DNA from: Lama glama
Taxonomy: Eukaryota
Length of the DNA stretch: 64,000 nt
NCBI GenBank assembly: GCA_028534125.1
Contig: CM052817.1
Coordinates: forward strand, 30,692,001-30,756,000
Reading direction: 5' to 3'
Shown one piece after another: positions 36,121 through 50,329 of the stretch. Each line of letters opens with the position of its first letter. Position 1 is the stretch's first letter. Under the pieces are notes generated by a model that was not told the origin of the DNA, did not search any database, and saw nothing but the letters and a program-made list of their open reading frames with translations. The position numbers and the translations under genes were made by a program.

Positions 36121-36146
36121 TGTGTGTGTGTGTGTGTGTGTGTGTG
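36121..36146. repeat. (TG)13 microsatellite
   Basis: Read directly. Confidence 0.97.
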
Positions 36147-36149
36147 TAG

Positions 36150-36440
36150 CGAAAGGTTTTAAACGATTTATTGTTAGCAAAAGGGAAATACACCTCCAAG
36201 AACAGGAGGCAGGCTGATCCGAGGATAGATAGCAATGGTCTTTGTTTGTCCCCTTGACTTATGCCCTCACTCACAGGTGGTCTCTTGATTGATTGATGGC
36301 TCTTCATGGTCTTCTCCTGCTTCTCCACTGGTCTCATTGCACACCACGCCCCTTCCTGACCCTTTTCTGCCCTCTTGCCACAGGACCCTCCTTGCAGGGT
36401 CTTGGGCTGGGCACATCCCATCGCTGGGCCTTCCTCCACA
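36150..36440 (-). mobile_element. Possible ERV1 LTR fragment
   Basis: GATTTATTGTTAGCAAAAGGGAAATACACCTCCAAGAACAGGAGGCAGGCTG parallels the layout of the LTR at 21271-21927. Confidence 0.4.
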
Positions 36441-36444
36441 CTCC

Positions 36445-36725
36445 AGTCTCTGTCTGAGCTGTTTCCTTTCCGCTTTTATTCTGATTAAATCCTACTCACC
36501 ATCCCTAACTCTGCTCAACTATTTCTTCCCAGAGATGCTTCCTCTGATCACACCCTGGGTCTGCATCTCCCCGCAGTCCCACACAGTCCCTTTCTCTGTA
36601 GCATTTGTCACTGTAATTATGCCTTAATTCATGGGATTACATTTGCTTTGGCTCACCATTAATCTCCAGAAATTCTGAAGGGCCTAGGATGTCTTCAGAA
36701 TTTATTAAACATTTGTTGAATGAAC
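36445..36725 (+). mobile_element. L2 3' end
   Basis: AATCCTACTCACCATCC...GCTTCCTCTGATCACACCC...AAACATTTGTTGAATGAA. Confidence 0.7.
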
Positions 36726-37080
36726 AAACAAATAAAGGGAAGAAGGAATTTGTGAATCTGAGGTCATGTTACAGATCTCAGTTGGCCAAACTGGTTTTTC
36801 ACATCACTCACAGTTTAACTGCAGTCATTGCTCCATTATTTCAAATAATGATTGAGAAATACAAAAGGAAATTAGTGACACACCACAGTTCTTATCAATA
36901 TCTTAAACAACTGGTTTTACAGAGAATTGTTCACCCTTTTAATTTAATATAACACATGCTGAATTTTCTGGAGAACTTTTTCTAAAAAGATACATGTCTG
37001 GCTTCTATTGTAAAGAAGCAGAATTGTTTCTCATTCCTGGTGTTAAGGAAAAAGGGTAATAATTTACCTGTACTACTTTA

Positions 37081-37394
37081 ATTATTTTCTTCTTCTTTTT
37101 TAAATGAAGTATATTTGATTTATAATGTATTAGTGTCTGGTGTACAGCATAGTGATTCAGTTATACATATATATATATAATTTATCATTATAGGTTATTA
37201 TAAACTACTGAATATAGTTCCCTGTCCTACACAGTAGGACCACGTTGTTTATCTATTTTATATATAGTAGTGTGTATCTGCAAATTCCCTACTCCTAATT
37301 TACCCTTCCAAGTCCCCTTTCTCCTTTGGTAACCATAAGTTTGTTTTCTGTCTGTGAGTCTGCTGCTGTTTCGTAAAGAAGTTCATTTGTGTCA
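37081..37394 (-). mobile_element. 5'-truncated L1 3' end
   Basis: ATGAAGTATATTTGATTTATAATG...GGTAACCATAAGTTTGTTTTCTG. TSD TGTA(C/T)TACTTT at 37069-37079 and 37395-37405. Confidence 0.92.
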
Positions 37395-40171
37395 TGTATT
37401 ACTTTTAGATGCATATTAGTAAACACCTCCAAAATAGATTCTACAAAGTCATGTATTTCTTAATCAAAATCCCCTTTAAATATGAAGCAAAAATACTTCT
37501 TAGAGTACCTCTTGCATAAACTGGTAAAAGTTGTCATTTTTACTTATTACATATTGCTGTGGTTGCCTGTTATTTTCACATTATTTTTCAGGTCATTTAT
37601 TAATCTCCAGAATAACCAATCGGTGATGTTCCCTATAACCAGTACTGTCATCTCCTCCTCAACTCAAAAACAAAAACACAAAGGCATAAGCTTGACCTTT
37701 AGTTTTAATTCCTTGTGCTTCCATTTGCCTAATTGTGGGAAATTACAAAGTTGTAGGCAGTAATTATTTGCATCACCATTTTTCCTGAGGGCAGAAGAAG
37801 GAAAAATCTCATGTCTTATTACTTATCACTGTTCCAAATTGTCACTTAATTGAAATAACAGGGGAATCTAAGACTCAAACACAACTTCCTAATCAAAAGG
37901 TTAGTAGGAAAATTGGGGGAAAAGTAATTTCTGTCTTTTAATGTATATATGAGAGCCTTAAGAATTGATGTCTTTGCAGTGTCATAAATGTACATTGATG
38001 ATTATGGTAAAATCTCTTTTAAGATACGAGATAAAATAATTCTAAGAGACCATTTTATGCCCTAGAATCCCTAATGGTAATAATAAAAAAAAGTTCATGT
38101 AATCTTTTTCTTCACATGGGTACATTCTCAGTGAAAGAGCAACTTTATACATTTGCTACCATTTCTACCTTATTCAGAGGCTATTGAAAAGGAATGATCA
38201 CACTGTCTTCCACCTGTCCCTAGTGTTTTATAGCATCCCCTCAGGGGCTGTGGGCATGGGTACAGGGACAGAGGATGTGGGCAAGGGTACAGGGAGAGGA
38301 AGAGTTAACACAGCCAAGCAGGCAAAACTTCTGTCCCAGCCTTACCTCAACCAGAGCAGCACCTTGGGCTGAAGTTGAATAAAACATGCTAGGAAATAAA
38401 AATGTTTAAAACATCTTTTGGAAAGCAGGAATGAAAAAAATGTTTAAATCTATGCATCAAAGTATTAAGATTTCACTGTTTAATTCACCTAAGTCTTTTA
38501 CACGTATAAAGGGTCCAAGCTTTGCTTAAGCAGTAGCTCCTATTAGGACTGAATGTCTGGAGTGTGTCTGTTGAACTGGTAAACCACATCTGCTAGGGGT
38601 CAACTTATGAGAATGAGAATTTGAGAAGACGCTGCAAGGAAAAAAAAAAAGTCAGGCAGAAAAACCTCACTCAGGAACAAAAAATCCCTGTTCAGTACAG
38701 TGTTTGTCTGAGGGTTTGGTAAGGAATGGGACCGCTAAGTGCAAACGTAAAAGTCATTCCTCTTAATGTAGTAAGACATGGGGTGCAATGCTTTGAAACT
38801 CCTTTAACAGAATATTTAATAGAGTTTACATAAGAGGGAGGAAAAAATGCAATTTCTCATTTTGATGGAACTCCGAACAGCTCTGGGAACTTGAATGTCC
38901 CAGAAGCCATGGTGGAACTAGGCAGGTGCCAGGGACATGACAGACCCAGCAGAAGGACCACAGACACCTGGTGGCCATGCCTGGCAAGGGCAACAGCAGT
39001 CGGTCTGTGGACGGGACAAGACATGAAGGTTTCTGTAGTTTCCAGGAAGGAGGACCAGGACAGGAAAAGAGGAAAAGTACTGTGCTTGGCAAATCAAGGC
39101 TACAGTTGAGGGGCCTGGTTCATGTGCATGTGTAAGAACCTTATAAGGAGGTGCTGTCCTATACATGCAAACTGGGGGCAAGAGCTGTTGGAACGTGGTG
39201 TCTACTCTGAATGCCGTACCATTTGTACCTGCAGGCTGGTGAGGCCTGAGGGAAACACTGGGAACACTTACGACTCATGAAATTCACAAACTGATTCTTG
39301 ATTCATACTGATCTTTTAATCTTCACATTCTTCAGTCACTTTCATTAGCTGTCACTGCCGAGTTACTCTCTCTTGAAATATCACAGATGTGGATGTTAAT
39401 GTATTCTTTGCAAATTGTGCTTAGTCTTCAATGGAAATGACTATTATCTTTGATAACTTAATGAGGACTTTCATTCCAAAGATCAATCACATGCATCAGA
39501 TTCATCAGATTCCATAAGCCATGGGTCTTCCTTACCTGGAATTTAAATAAGAATCATTTATATTAACTTAAACTTTATCATGGGGGAGAAAAAAACATCA
39601 GATGAGCTAACCATATGTTTCAAGAACAATGAAAAATCTTTGCAAGTATAAAATGCTTAGAGTGGAATGACAAATATTTCACCTTGTTTTTATTGAGCCC
39701 ATTTTCATTCTATTTAAAGGACTTTCGTCATGGAGTCGTAGAGCTGGAAACATACCTCCATATGTCATAGAATTTGTCCCCTGCCTTCACACAGATGGTG
39801 GTCCAGCATACTTTAATGTATCTTCAGGGATCCTGTCTTTGTGCTCATGTCAGTGTGAATATAAATTTGTTTATGCATGGAGAGAAAATACAGCCTCCCA
39901 AACCCTATGCTGATTTTAGATCCTAGAGGTCTTTGATATTCCATTATTATTCTATTTTGCCTTCCCACTGATTAGAATGAAAACTCCAAGCTAAGTAGTT
40001 AGTGAGACAGGCCAGCTGAGAAGGGACAAGCCCTGGAAACAAGACATGGCTACCGAGATGAGATAGACCCACCAAGTCTAAACCTGCAGAGAATTTGTGG
40101 TTTTGTAAAGGGAACAAGGTACATGCACAAATGGAAATAATATAAGTAAAGAGGAGATTGTGGTACATGTA

Positions 40172-40708
40172 TGTGTTAGGCAGAATCATGTCTCCCTGCC
40201 TCCATTTCCTAAGATGTCCATGTCCTAATCCTTAGAACCTGAGAATACTACGTTACCTTTGATGGCAAAACAGACTTTGCAGATGTAATTAAGTTAAAGA
40301 CCTTGAGATGGGGACATAACCCTGAATTACCCAGGCAAATGCAATCTAATCACATGGGTCCCTAAAAATGGAGAATGTTTCCTGAATGTGAAAAGAAGGA
40401 AAAATGATCAGAGTCAGAGTGAGATGTTCCTGCGGAAGGACATTAAAAGAGATACAACACTGCAGTCTCTGAATCTGGAGGGGAAGGTCCACGAGCCAAG
40501 GAATGTGGATAGCCACTCAAAGGAAAAGGCCAAGAAAAGGATTCTCCCCTAGAGCCTCCAGAAAGGAACTGGTCCCCCTGACACCTTGAGTTTAGCTCAG
40601 GAAACATGTGCAGGCTTCAAACCTACAGAACTGTAAAGATAACAAAATTGTACTTTTCAGCCACTGAGTTTCTCGTTATTCATTACAGCAGCATTAGAAA
40701 ACTAATAT
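40172..40708 (+). mobile_element. MaLR solo LTR, MLT1D-like
   Basis: TGTGTTAGGCAGAAT...AAGATGTCCATGTCCTAATCC...GACTTTGCAGATGTAATTAAGTTAAAGACCTTGAGATGGGG...CTAGAGCCTCCAGAAAGGAAC...ACAGCAGCATTAGAAAACTAATA. Confidence 0.93.
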
Positions 40709-40724
40709 GACTAATAAAGTTGGA

Positions 40725-41408
40725 TCTCACCTCTTCTGCCCTTGACTGCTTACATTCTATTCTCAAAATAACATCAGAGTGATCCTGTTAAAACACAAAC
40801 CAGCTCATGTCTCTTTTCTGCTCAAAGCCTCCAGCGGCTTCCCATCTCATTCGGAGTGAAAACAAAAATCCTCATGATGGCCTCCAAGGCCCTACACCAT
40901 CTGTCCCATCATTTCTTCTGGCTTTATCTCCTCCTCTTCTTCCTCTCACTTCCTCTTCCCCATCCACACTGACCATCTGGCTCTTCCTAGAACTCACTTG
41001 GGAGGCTTCTGTCTGAGGACTTGGTGCTTGGTACCCTGTGATTGAAAATCTCTTTCCCAAGATAGTTGAGTGACTGATTTCTATACCTTTTTAGGTCTTT
41101 GTTCCAATGACACCCATTAAGACAAGATTCTATGACCACAAATAAATTGGAATTGAAGCCTCTCATTTCCACCCATTTTAATTTTCTTGCTTAATTTTTT
41201 TTGTCACAACACTTTTACTTATAATATACATACCATTTTACATATATCTTATTTATGTTGTTCATTATTGTTCTCTTTTCATTAGAAGGTAAGGCCCATT
41301 TTAGACATGGAGTTTTTTCTGTTTTATTCATGCTGATTCTCCAGTACCTAGAATGTTGCTTGGCACATAGTTGATGCTTAAGACACATCTACTGAATAAA
41401 TGAATGAA
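40725..41408 (+). mobile_element. L2 3' end
   Basis: CAGAGTGATCCTGTTAAAACACAAACCAGCTCATGTC...CTCAAAGCCTCCAGCGGCTTCCC...GGCACATAG...TGAATAAATGAATGAA. Confidence 0.9.
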
Positions 41409-42579
41409 AATGACATTAGAAGAAGGCATAATCTTAGATGTTTATACTCTTCTTGATCTCATAATGATATTTATATTTGGTGTAACCCTGATAAAAGATT
41501 TTTAAAAACAACATATGACTCTCTACACACACCAGGAATTCTGTAGTTTATCTTGGGTTACTTAGATTCATGATTAGTCCTTCTCTAATCCAAGATCTCT
41601 CAGGACTTCTAGCTCATTTTGCAAAAACTTAGCAGTGCACTAGTATCAGTGATTATGAAATTTGCTTTGGCACCCCATTTCTATCACTCATTTGGTCTTG
41701 CCAAGCTGGGATGTACTTAGCTGTACGTGTGCTATCTTCCCACAGCCTGTTCTAAAGGGGAATTGGGCACAATTGCTGTAACTCATTTCTCTATCACTAG
41801 AAATTTGCATGGTAACCTGGACTGTAGCTAGTCAGCACACACACACACAAATGTATTTTTCAATCGAATTTCTTTCTTCCTTCTATCTTCATTTCCATTT
41901 TGGCTTCCTTAAAATTTGCCAAGCCTCCCCTGGAGTTAAGTCTCCCTGTCTCCCTCCAAATCAATATAGCTATCATTTGCTTTGGGGGTTTATTGATTCA
42001 CTGTACCTAATTTAAAGAGCTCATTACTGGGTTGGCGTTTTATCATAAAACTTTAGAAATGAATGTTGTCATTCTCATAACTCTAAACACTTCTGCTTTC
42101 TGTCAACTGGGAAGTTTTTCCCCCTAATTAAAGTTTCTACCAAATGTTATTTTATTGTTTTATTTATTCTTTTCTAAATTAGAGTCCCGACAGGATAGGG
42201 TATTGAGACTGACTTATAACATAAAGCTGAAGATGTGTAATATTTCACAGCATCCAGTAAGACTAGGTTTTCTAAAATGCGCATTATCATTCATTGTCTC
42301 AAATTAATCTGACAACACTATAGAGGCATATGTATGTTAAAAATTGACTCATTGTGACTCAGGTTTATATAAATTGCCTAAGGTTAAATAATTATTTAAG
42401 AATTTGAGGTGACGGTGAGAAAGGTGAGGTACTGTCATGTTGTACTATATTGTGACACTTGGTTTCATGATACTAATCTGGAGTCTTACCAATGGACCAT
42501 GCTCTTTTTTTCTATAATAACCCCGGGTAAATGTCACCCAGTATCTGCTTATAAGTTTTCATTGAAATGCACTGCAACT

Positions 42580-42730
42580 CTTCAGAAGCAACCTATTCCA
42601 CTATTGGTTGTGTCTTCTTGTTGAGCAGCTCTTATAATCAAGGGGAAACAAAAGCTCAGTTCCAGTGATTTCCATCCACTGGTTCTAGTTCTGGCTTCTG
42701 GAGCAACACAAAGTACTTTCTACTCTCCTT
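42580..42730 (-). mobile_element. CR1/L3 fragment
   Basis: TTTCCATCCACTGGTTCTAGTTCTGGCTTCTGGAGCAACACAAA resembles the common L3 antisense motif TTCCACCCATTGGTCCTAGTTCTGCCCTCTGG. Confidence 0.6.
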
Positions 42731-44439
42731 TATATTTGACAATATAGATAACAAGATTGTAGAAATGCAGCCCAGGTAAAGAATCTCCATCTTGGTGTGA
42801 CAATTCCATCAAAGAAGAAAACATTTAAATAAATTACAGAAGAATGTTTCTCAAATAGTAGGAACATACCAACATCACGACCTCAAGCCACTATACCTGG
42901 AGGGAAATAAAAGTTTGGTCATGTTCCTTGAGTGTATTAAATAGAAGAAAGAGTGAGAGTCATTGTCATAGTGAATGATTTCCATTTCTCCAAGGACAGA
43001 ATATGAACTATTTTGGAATCTTTATTTCTCCACTTTTAAGGTCAAAATCTTATGAATGCCCCAAGGTATCTCTACTCAGTTCCTTGCTCTTTCTTTGAGC
43101 TAGACATCGATGTCTACCTGCTGATGAAAGCTCATAGTGATCATTAAAACTGTACCTCTCTTCTTACAAATAAAGTTCATGCTAAAACATATGCTAAGAA
43201 GCTTTTTTGAGTGAATGGATTGCTCATTGTCTGCTGCCTTTAGAAGCCCATTTTGGTGCTACAGAAGCAAGCAAGAAATATTTCAGAGCTGTTTTTTGTT
43301 TGTTTGTTTTAAATTTATACTCACCACACTTGCAGAGGTATCTCTCTAGGGCTTCTGGGTAGTTTTTGAGCAAGAAACTTGGAGAAATCAAGACAGGATG
43401 AAAGAAGAAATGTGTATGCATCTGCAAGATGTTCCAAGACTGAGATGTCTAGTGCTATTAATACTCTACTTTAATGAGCATTAAATTTACTTTTAAAAAG
43501 TCAACCAAACACTTTTCTGTAAACAAGCTTCTTAGTTAAGTGTCTTATTTAGCAATTACAAAAAAAAGGCATTTAGTTGTAAATTCGCCTACCTGATTTA
43601 AGAATATTTATATTCTATTTCACTCTAGAAGCCACATTTAGAGATTGTCAAAAGAGTAATATAATTAAACAAGCAGATAATATGGATTTATTTCAGTTAT
43701 TTTTATATTAAAGTTATATGCTCAGAGTTTCAAAGACTTAAGAGACAGTTCAAGAGAATGTTATTTTGTTTTATATTTTAGGAGAATGGGGACTTATTTC
43801 TAATTAAAGTGCAACAAAAATCAAATAACTATAAAATTATTTCTAGAGGAGATTTTGTTAAGGCAAATGTTTCTTTAATAACATTTTATGGATAATAACT
43901 CATGTAGGGTCATGTTTATCATATTAATTAGGGTCATATTTATAAAAGTATATCTAAGAGCCCAAAACTGCTGATACAGATTTCAAGTATGTTTTACTTC
44001 AGAAAATTCTTTGCCTCTTTAATATACAAGGTCTGAGCAGAAAAAAATCAACCTAGAAAAGCTGATTCTTGAGGAATAGGAGCAATATAGTGTCATTTCC
44101 CTGGCCTTTTAAGTAGTAGTATAAATGAGCTTGAGGTGTTTTGATTATCTTGTACACAAATAATATTGGACTTACTTTTAAATTTTGGTGTAATTTTAAG
44201 TGAAATGGGGCCCTTTCCTCTTGGACATCTTTCCTGATTCCTCATCTAGAATCAATTATTCATTTCTCTGCCTCTACAGCATTTCATTGATTTAGATAAC
44301 ATTTCAGTCAACTCTGTGCTGTGCTTTTGCCACCGTATGTTGTGGAAAGCAGGGTAAGGGAGAGAACCAATTTGCAATATATATATATATGGTATATAAT
44401 ACAGTATTTATGGTAAAAGTAAAAAGTAGAAAGTATCTA

Positions 44440-44770
44440 CTTTCAGCTGTGGGAATAATCAACTATGAGAGGCCAACTCTACTACTGATCAGAATCAAAG
44501 AAGGAACCTTAAAAGAGTTGACCTGAAGAAGTAGGTCTAAAATATAATACAGGGGACTTGTGAATATTTCTGAAAAAGAGGCCTGGTTGCATAAAGTTAA
44601 TAAGGTCTAAAAGCTTATACATATGCGGGGGACCTGAACATCCGGACACTGTCTGTAACATAGAGTACGTATGGGGGAGCCGTACAAGTGAGGCTCAAAA
44701 GTTAGGTTGCAGTGAAATTGTGAACAATTTCATATGCCGTGCTAAGAAGTCTGGACTTGGTCTTCCATGT
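44440..44770 (-). mobile_element. Degraded L2 fragment
   Basis: GTGAGGCTCAAAAGTTAGGTTGCAGTGAAATTGTGAA...ATGCCGTGCTAAGAAGTCTGGACTT resembles L2 antisense. Confidence 0.55.
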
Positions 44771-45309
44771 AGTGAAAGTTTTACATGATGTTCACCTTCA
44801 CTAGAGTAGACTCCCTTAGGACAGTGACTGCCTGCACTCTTATTTTTGAGCTGGACTCCATGCCCCCAGCGTATACCTCAATGCATAACACATGATTAAT
44901 GCCCTATAAATATTTGCTGAATTAATATATGAGTTCATGAATTATGTGTGAAACCAGATTATTGCCATAAAATCAAAAGCTAGGGTGCAGGAGAGGAATG
45001 TGTCATGCAGTTTTCACGTAACAAGAAGAATAGAAATGCAGAGTTAAAAGCAGCTTTGTCTTGTGAATGATTTTTAAATGTGAAAAAAGAGGGCTATTAG
45101 AAAAAGAACTTTATGTAGAAATTACCATTACTCTATTCCATTTTGGTAAAGTATGTACAATATGTCATTTCTTTTTTTTTTTTTAATGAGAAAATGGAAT
45201 AATTTATTTCTCTTGCTTCACCTTAAACAGCAGGGCCTTACAGCTGGGCCATTAGGAAATGTTACTACATAACAAACCTCATTAAAAGCAAAGAAAGAGC
45301 AAATTAATC

Positions 45310-45570
45310 TGATGATAGAAAATCATTTTAGACCCACCATATGGGCAAAAATTTAAAAATCAGACAATATAAAGCATCAACAAGGATGGGTTATGATAAA
45401 AACTCTGGTTGACTGAGGGTGGTCGACCACTTGGGAAGAAGATTGGACATTCCTCCAGCAAAGTTGCAAATGTGCTTGCATGTTGTATGACTCAGCATTT
45501 CCAACTCTAGGGAGTTACTCCATTCTTGCACATGTACAAGAGCAAGAAACTTGGAGAAATACAATTTCTA
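45310..45570 (+). mobile_element. Old L1M ORF2-end fragment
   Basis: CATTTTAGACCCACCATATGGGCAAAAATTTAAAAATCAGACAATA...TATGACTCAGCATTTCCAACTCTAGG. Confidence 0.7.
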
Positions 45571-46369
45571 TAAGCTGCATTTAATTAAGATGCACAGTGC
45601 CTTCACTTTAACCTCCTTGCTTTGGGCTAAATTCCTCACTGCTACTGTAACCAGCAGCTTTTTTTAACAGTAGAACTGAAGAGAAGAAAAAATATCACTT
45701 CTTCTTGAGATCATTTCTGCTGACCTCCCATCCCACCGTGTTTAGCAACTTTCGTTTGTTTGTCTCTAAGTACTTATCCGAGAAAAACCATGCAGATGTC
45801 ATGGCAGTACACATCACAGCAAGATGAAAACACATTTCTATTTTAAGAGCCAAAGCAACCAATCAAATGATGGAGAAATGTATAGGTGCAGAGTGTTTTA
45901 TATCCTGGTTTCAAAAACTTGATCCTTAGATGTTTAATGCTCATTTCGGAAACAGTGACATGGCAGATATGGGCCTGTTTTTTCTTTGAAGTTAGAAAGG
46001 CGTTTTCACAAAAGCACCTCCTTCATCTCTGAAGTTTATTTCTAGACAGGGAGAGTGCCGTTCCTTGTAGGAACTGCAAATAAACTCCAGTCTGTCATTT
46101 TAATTAGCAGAGAACCCAGTTTTTACTTTAGAAATTGAAAAAGTGGAATGCTCGGGAGTCAACCCAACACTTGGCAAGTTGTCATAAGGACTTGGCTGTA
46201 AAGATACAGGATAAAAGAACTTCAGTTTCACAAGCCTTGCTAATCTGCATTTACAAACAGGGTTGACAGTTTAGGGAGCCAAATAGGGATGGAAGTTTGG
46301 GTTTAAATTGGGATTTAAAGTCAAGGTGTAATATTCTGCTTTTCTAGTGTGTTATTCAACCACAAACTA

Positions 46370-47250
46370 TTACTAACAAATACCCATATGGCTACTTACA
46401 CTCAAGGACACTTTTCTAAGAGATCCAAGTGTTAAGAATGAACAAAATCTTGCCCCTACTCTCAGGAAGTTGAAGAGATTGTTGTGAGGATGGGCAGGTA
46501 AATAGGCAAACTAAAATGCAGTGTGAATGACAGTAAAAGGGAAGATTGCAGGGACCCAGAGGAGAAGTTCTGAGAAGTCGCGTTATCTCAGTCGATCTAG
46601 GGTTAGGGAGTTAAAGTAAAATCCCAGAGATGTGAAGTCCAATTTGAATCCTAAAGACAGGTTGAAGTTGTCCATTTAAAGGAGGGGAGCAACAGAATGG
46701 CAGAGATGAGCAAGACAATGGCAAACTCTGGCAACTTCAAGCTGTATAATGCAGCAGACACAGAAAGGGCCAGAAAGTACTGAGAGATGAAGGTGGAGGA
46801 AAAAGCAGGGGCTAGGACATGGAGGGCCAGCACCTTAAAACATCAGAGTAGGATCATCAGATTCGTACTTGAGCTATATTCCTAAGACTGGTTTGAAAAA
46901 GGCTAAGACTGGAGTCAAGGAGAGTCAAGAGATTACTGTGGTGGTTTAAGTGAAGAATGATGGACCTCAGTCACATCCGTGATGGAGAGATCTGAAAAAA
47001 TATAGGGGAGGTAGAATGAACAGTTACTAGTGATTACCTTAGGCGAGGGACAGGAGGAGTTAAGGATGACTTCTAATTTCCCATGTGGACAACTGGGTGA
47101 GTGGTTCTGTGTTCTTTGAGATCTGGAACAAGGCAGACGAGCATGGAGGCTGGTGTGTTGGAGGTGCATGCTGACGAAGAGGGAGAGGGTAAGTTAATTT
47201 GTGGAATCTGTGAGATATCCAATGAAGAAGTTCAAGACACTGAGTTTAAA
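46370..47250 (-). mobile_element. L2 fragment
   Basis: Purine-rich L2 antisense (CTTGCCCCTACTCTCAGGAAGTT, GAGTTAAGGATGACTTCTAATTTCC, TCTGTGAGATATCCAATG). Confidence 0.75.
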
Positions 47251-47694
47251 GTAAGTAGTTTATATAAGAACTACAAATATACAGAAACAAAGCATGGAAA
47301 AAGTCTTCTGTTTTTTGTATCCTGGAGTCATTATTATTATCTCCCAGTGCCAAATGTGAAAAACAAATCTATGGCCTCTAGAAATATTAAAGAGATATTT
47401 TATAGTCTTCTGGTGGAAATCTTTTCCAAAACGGTAGCTTTCTATAGATATCTTGAAAACTATAATGTAACCCAGATTATTTTACTGAACTCATATTTTT
47501 TGTGTCAAAACAGCTGCGTAGTGAGTTTAATACTTAGAAATAATTATTAGACTATTTTATTAAGTTATTCTATTTAACTATATTATTGTATATGTGGTTA
47601 AAGGAATTATCTTTCTACACTATTGTCTTTATTCAACACAAGAAAGCTTAGACTAGTTCAAGTTGTTTCCAGTGAAGTTCAAGTCATATTTTAT

Positions 47695-47720
47695 ACATTT
47701 TTGTTTTTTGTTTTTGTTTT

Positions 47721-47772
<52 letters not shown>

Positions 47773-47943
47773 TGTAGTATAGTCAGTTTACAATGTTGTG
47801 TCAATTTCTGGTATACAGCATAATGTTTCAGTCATATATGAACCAACGTATATTCCTTTTCATATTCTTTTTCATTGTAAATTACAAGATATTGAATATA
47901 GTTCCCTGTGCTATACAGAATAAACTTGTTGTTTATCTATTTA
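47695..47943 (-). mobile_element. 5'-truncated L1 3' end with a microsatellite-expanded tail
   Basis: TTTATTGTAGTATAGTCAGTTTACAATGTTGTGTCAATTTCTGGTATACAGC...CTTGTTGTTTATCTATTT. Same subfamily text as the 3' half of the 1884-2240 element. Confidence 0.92.
47726..47767. repeat. (TA)n microsatellite in the L1 tail
   Basis: About 21 TA units, read directly. Confidence 0.95.
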
Positions 47944-48744
47944 TTTTAGTATCTGATAGAAACTAGTCAGTAACTAAGACCAAATGGATCATATTGATTA
48001 AATTGGAGTCATAATAAAAGTGTATAAAAATATAAGTTGTTGGGGGAGTACAAGAGAAAGTTTGAAAGAACTATACATAATTACCTTTGCAACTATAACA
48101 TGGAATGCACCTGTAGAGAAAGAAGCTGGGCAAACTTCTGACAAGTGGTCCTTCTCCTTCTTGTCTTGTCCTCTATTCTCTATCACACCATGGTGATGGG
48201 TGGCTCTTATTTAGTAGGCAGAAGACCTTCCCACTGGAATATTATTGTAAAAGAACCTCTTTGAGGGCAGGAAAATGAACACATATCACTCCCTCTGAAA
48301 CACCATCATTTGCCAGCTAAAGAGCATCTGAAAAGTTGTAAGCTTTTCAAGGCAGCCATTGAATGTACTCCACAAAATTTGGCCCAAGGACATCAGCTCA
48401 ACAGACATACAAAATATTTCCTATTTCTTTTGTTTATGATGACTTCTCTACACAGGTAGCCATCAGTAGTATTCAGGGATGTATTTGGAACCCTGGATTC
48501 TTAGAACTGGAGAGAGACTCTAGGACCCCTACTACACCAATTCTCTTGGGTTGATCTCTCGCCTCTACTTGATGCCTCTCTCAACTACTCACCAAGTGGG
48601 CTGTCTGCCTCTGGATAAACTCTAGTTTGTCTGTCCCACTGAGATTTTTTAAAATATTGATTTCACTCATTAGAATTGGGAAAATTAATAAGGACTAATA
48701 CTTTTACTGGGCATCATTGTTTTCAACATTAACAATAATGACAT

Positions 48745-48945
48745 CTTGACTGCACTACTTTCTAGTTGTGTGAGATCAGGAAAGTTACCTAACCTCTCTG
48801 TACTCGTCTGTGAAATGAGACAATAATATTAGTTTAATTCGTATAATCTTTTAGAGTTGTTGCAAGAAATAAATGAGTTAACCTAAGAAAATCCATTAGA
48901 ACAATTTTTGGCACATAGTGATCTATAAGAATCAGCTAATATTTG
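48745..48945 (+). mobile_element. MIR SINE
   Basis: CACTACTTTCTAGTTGTGTGAGATCAGGAAAGTTACCTAACCTCTCTGT...TCTGTGAAATGAGACAATAAT...TGGCACATAGT. Confidence 0.85.
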
Positions 48946-50329
48946 TGGAATAGAAGGAAAATCAATCTGGAGAAGAAACAAAAGTAGCTTTCAATCAGTG
49001 ATCCCAAATATCCACAAATTTTTCTTAAAACTTAGAATTTTTGAAAAGCTGAAAAGAGACCAAATTTCATAAGAGAGTAACTTTTAGATAGTATTGTTTT
49101 ATCTTTGAAAATGACAGAGGAACCTAGGAAAATTAACTAAAGCTGCTAAAGATTGAGATATTTTTGATCAGTAATATTTTGTTTTTGTTCTTATTTTCCA
49201 TTATCTGAAAGCCAGCAATTGTGTTTACAATAACCAAATCTCCTCTCCTTTCCAATTTAAATGAATCCACTTCAGATGCATGGTTTTATAATTCTATATT
49301 CTTGACATGCTATTCATCTTCTCTGAACTTGCCTTGCTACCACTGACAGTCAGAATCCCCTCAGATGAATTTCACAGACACTTGAAAATTAATTCTGCAA
49401 AAAGGTGAGGAGGCCATTGAATTTTTTAAAGAATGCTTTTAGCTTAGATCTCAGAAGTCATCTGACTTTATATCAGGATTATTTCCCACTTTTTGAATAA
49501 TAAGTATTTCCATGAAAGAAATGGGAAAGAATTACTAGAGAGGAAATTTAGAAAAACCTTCCGGAGTAGATGCCTCATAGTTTTATGCTGAAATAGTTCT
49601 AACGTCATCAGGTAAATTTGAATCCTGTAAGAATCACTTGATGTAAATAATAGGTTATAGATTTTTGACATTTCAATGCTTTTTTAATTAAAAAAGAATA
49701 AATTTCTGGCTATGAATTTCAGAGGTTCATCTTCAATAATAACTATTAATCACAAAGAAAAAGCTAAGAACATTTTTCATCTAATAAAATTTTAACAAAT
49801 AATCTCTTGTTCTTCTGCCATAGTGTCATATTAATTAGTTTAGAATTGCATGTTATAATCACTGTGATTATTGCTTTTGGCTGGTATAAGGAGCCTCTTT
49901 AGTATCAGTTTTTATTATAGGCAGTAGTGAAACAATGGCATAATTTCATTATAGGTGTTACCTTAATAGTCTTCTTTCTCAACAAACAAGTTTCTGACAA
50001 AATGGGTGAATTCCTAATAGCCAGGACACCAAAGTGTATCATGGGAAAAATAAACATCATTTCCCACAGAGCTCAAATGATCTACCTTGTCTATTATCCG
50101 GAGAGATTAACTCAGCAGCTGGAGTAAATCTCAATGGAGTTTTTAAAAGGCATTTGCTTCCTGAATTGTCAAGGGTGAAGGAACTGTTTCTGACTTTGAG
50201 TTACTTTGAGTATTAAGATGGTTGTGAGGATTCCAGTGAAATTTCTTTGAAAACATTAAAACACTCTGAAATGTGATGTTTTGAGTAGGTTATGGCATAT
50301 CATTCATATTTTTAGCATAGTAGTGATAT

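Noticed and set aside
47101..47550. 149-aa plus-strand ORF
   Set aside because: Begins in antisense L2 and runs into AT-rich sequence, with no splice context or recognisable homology.
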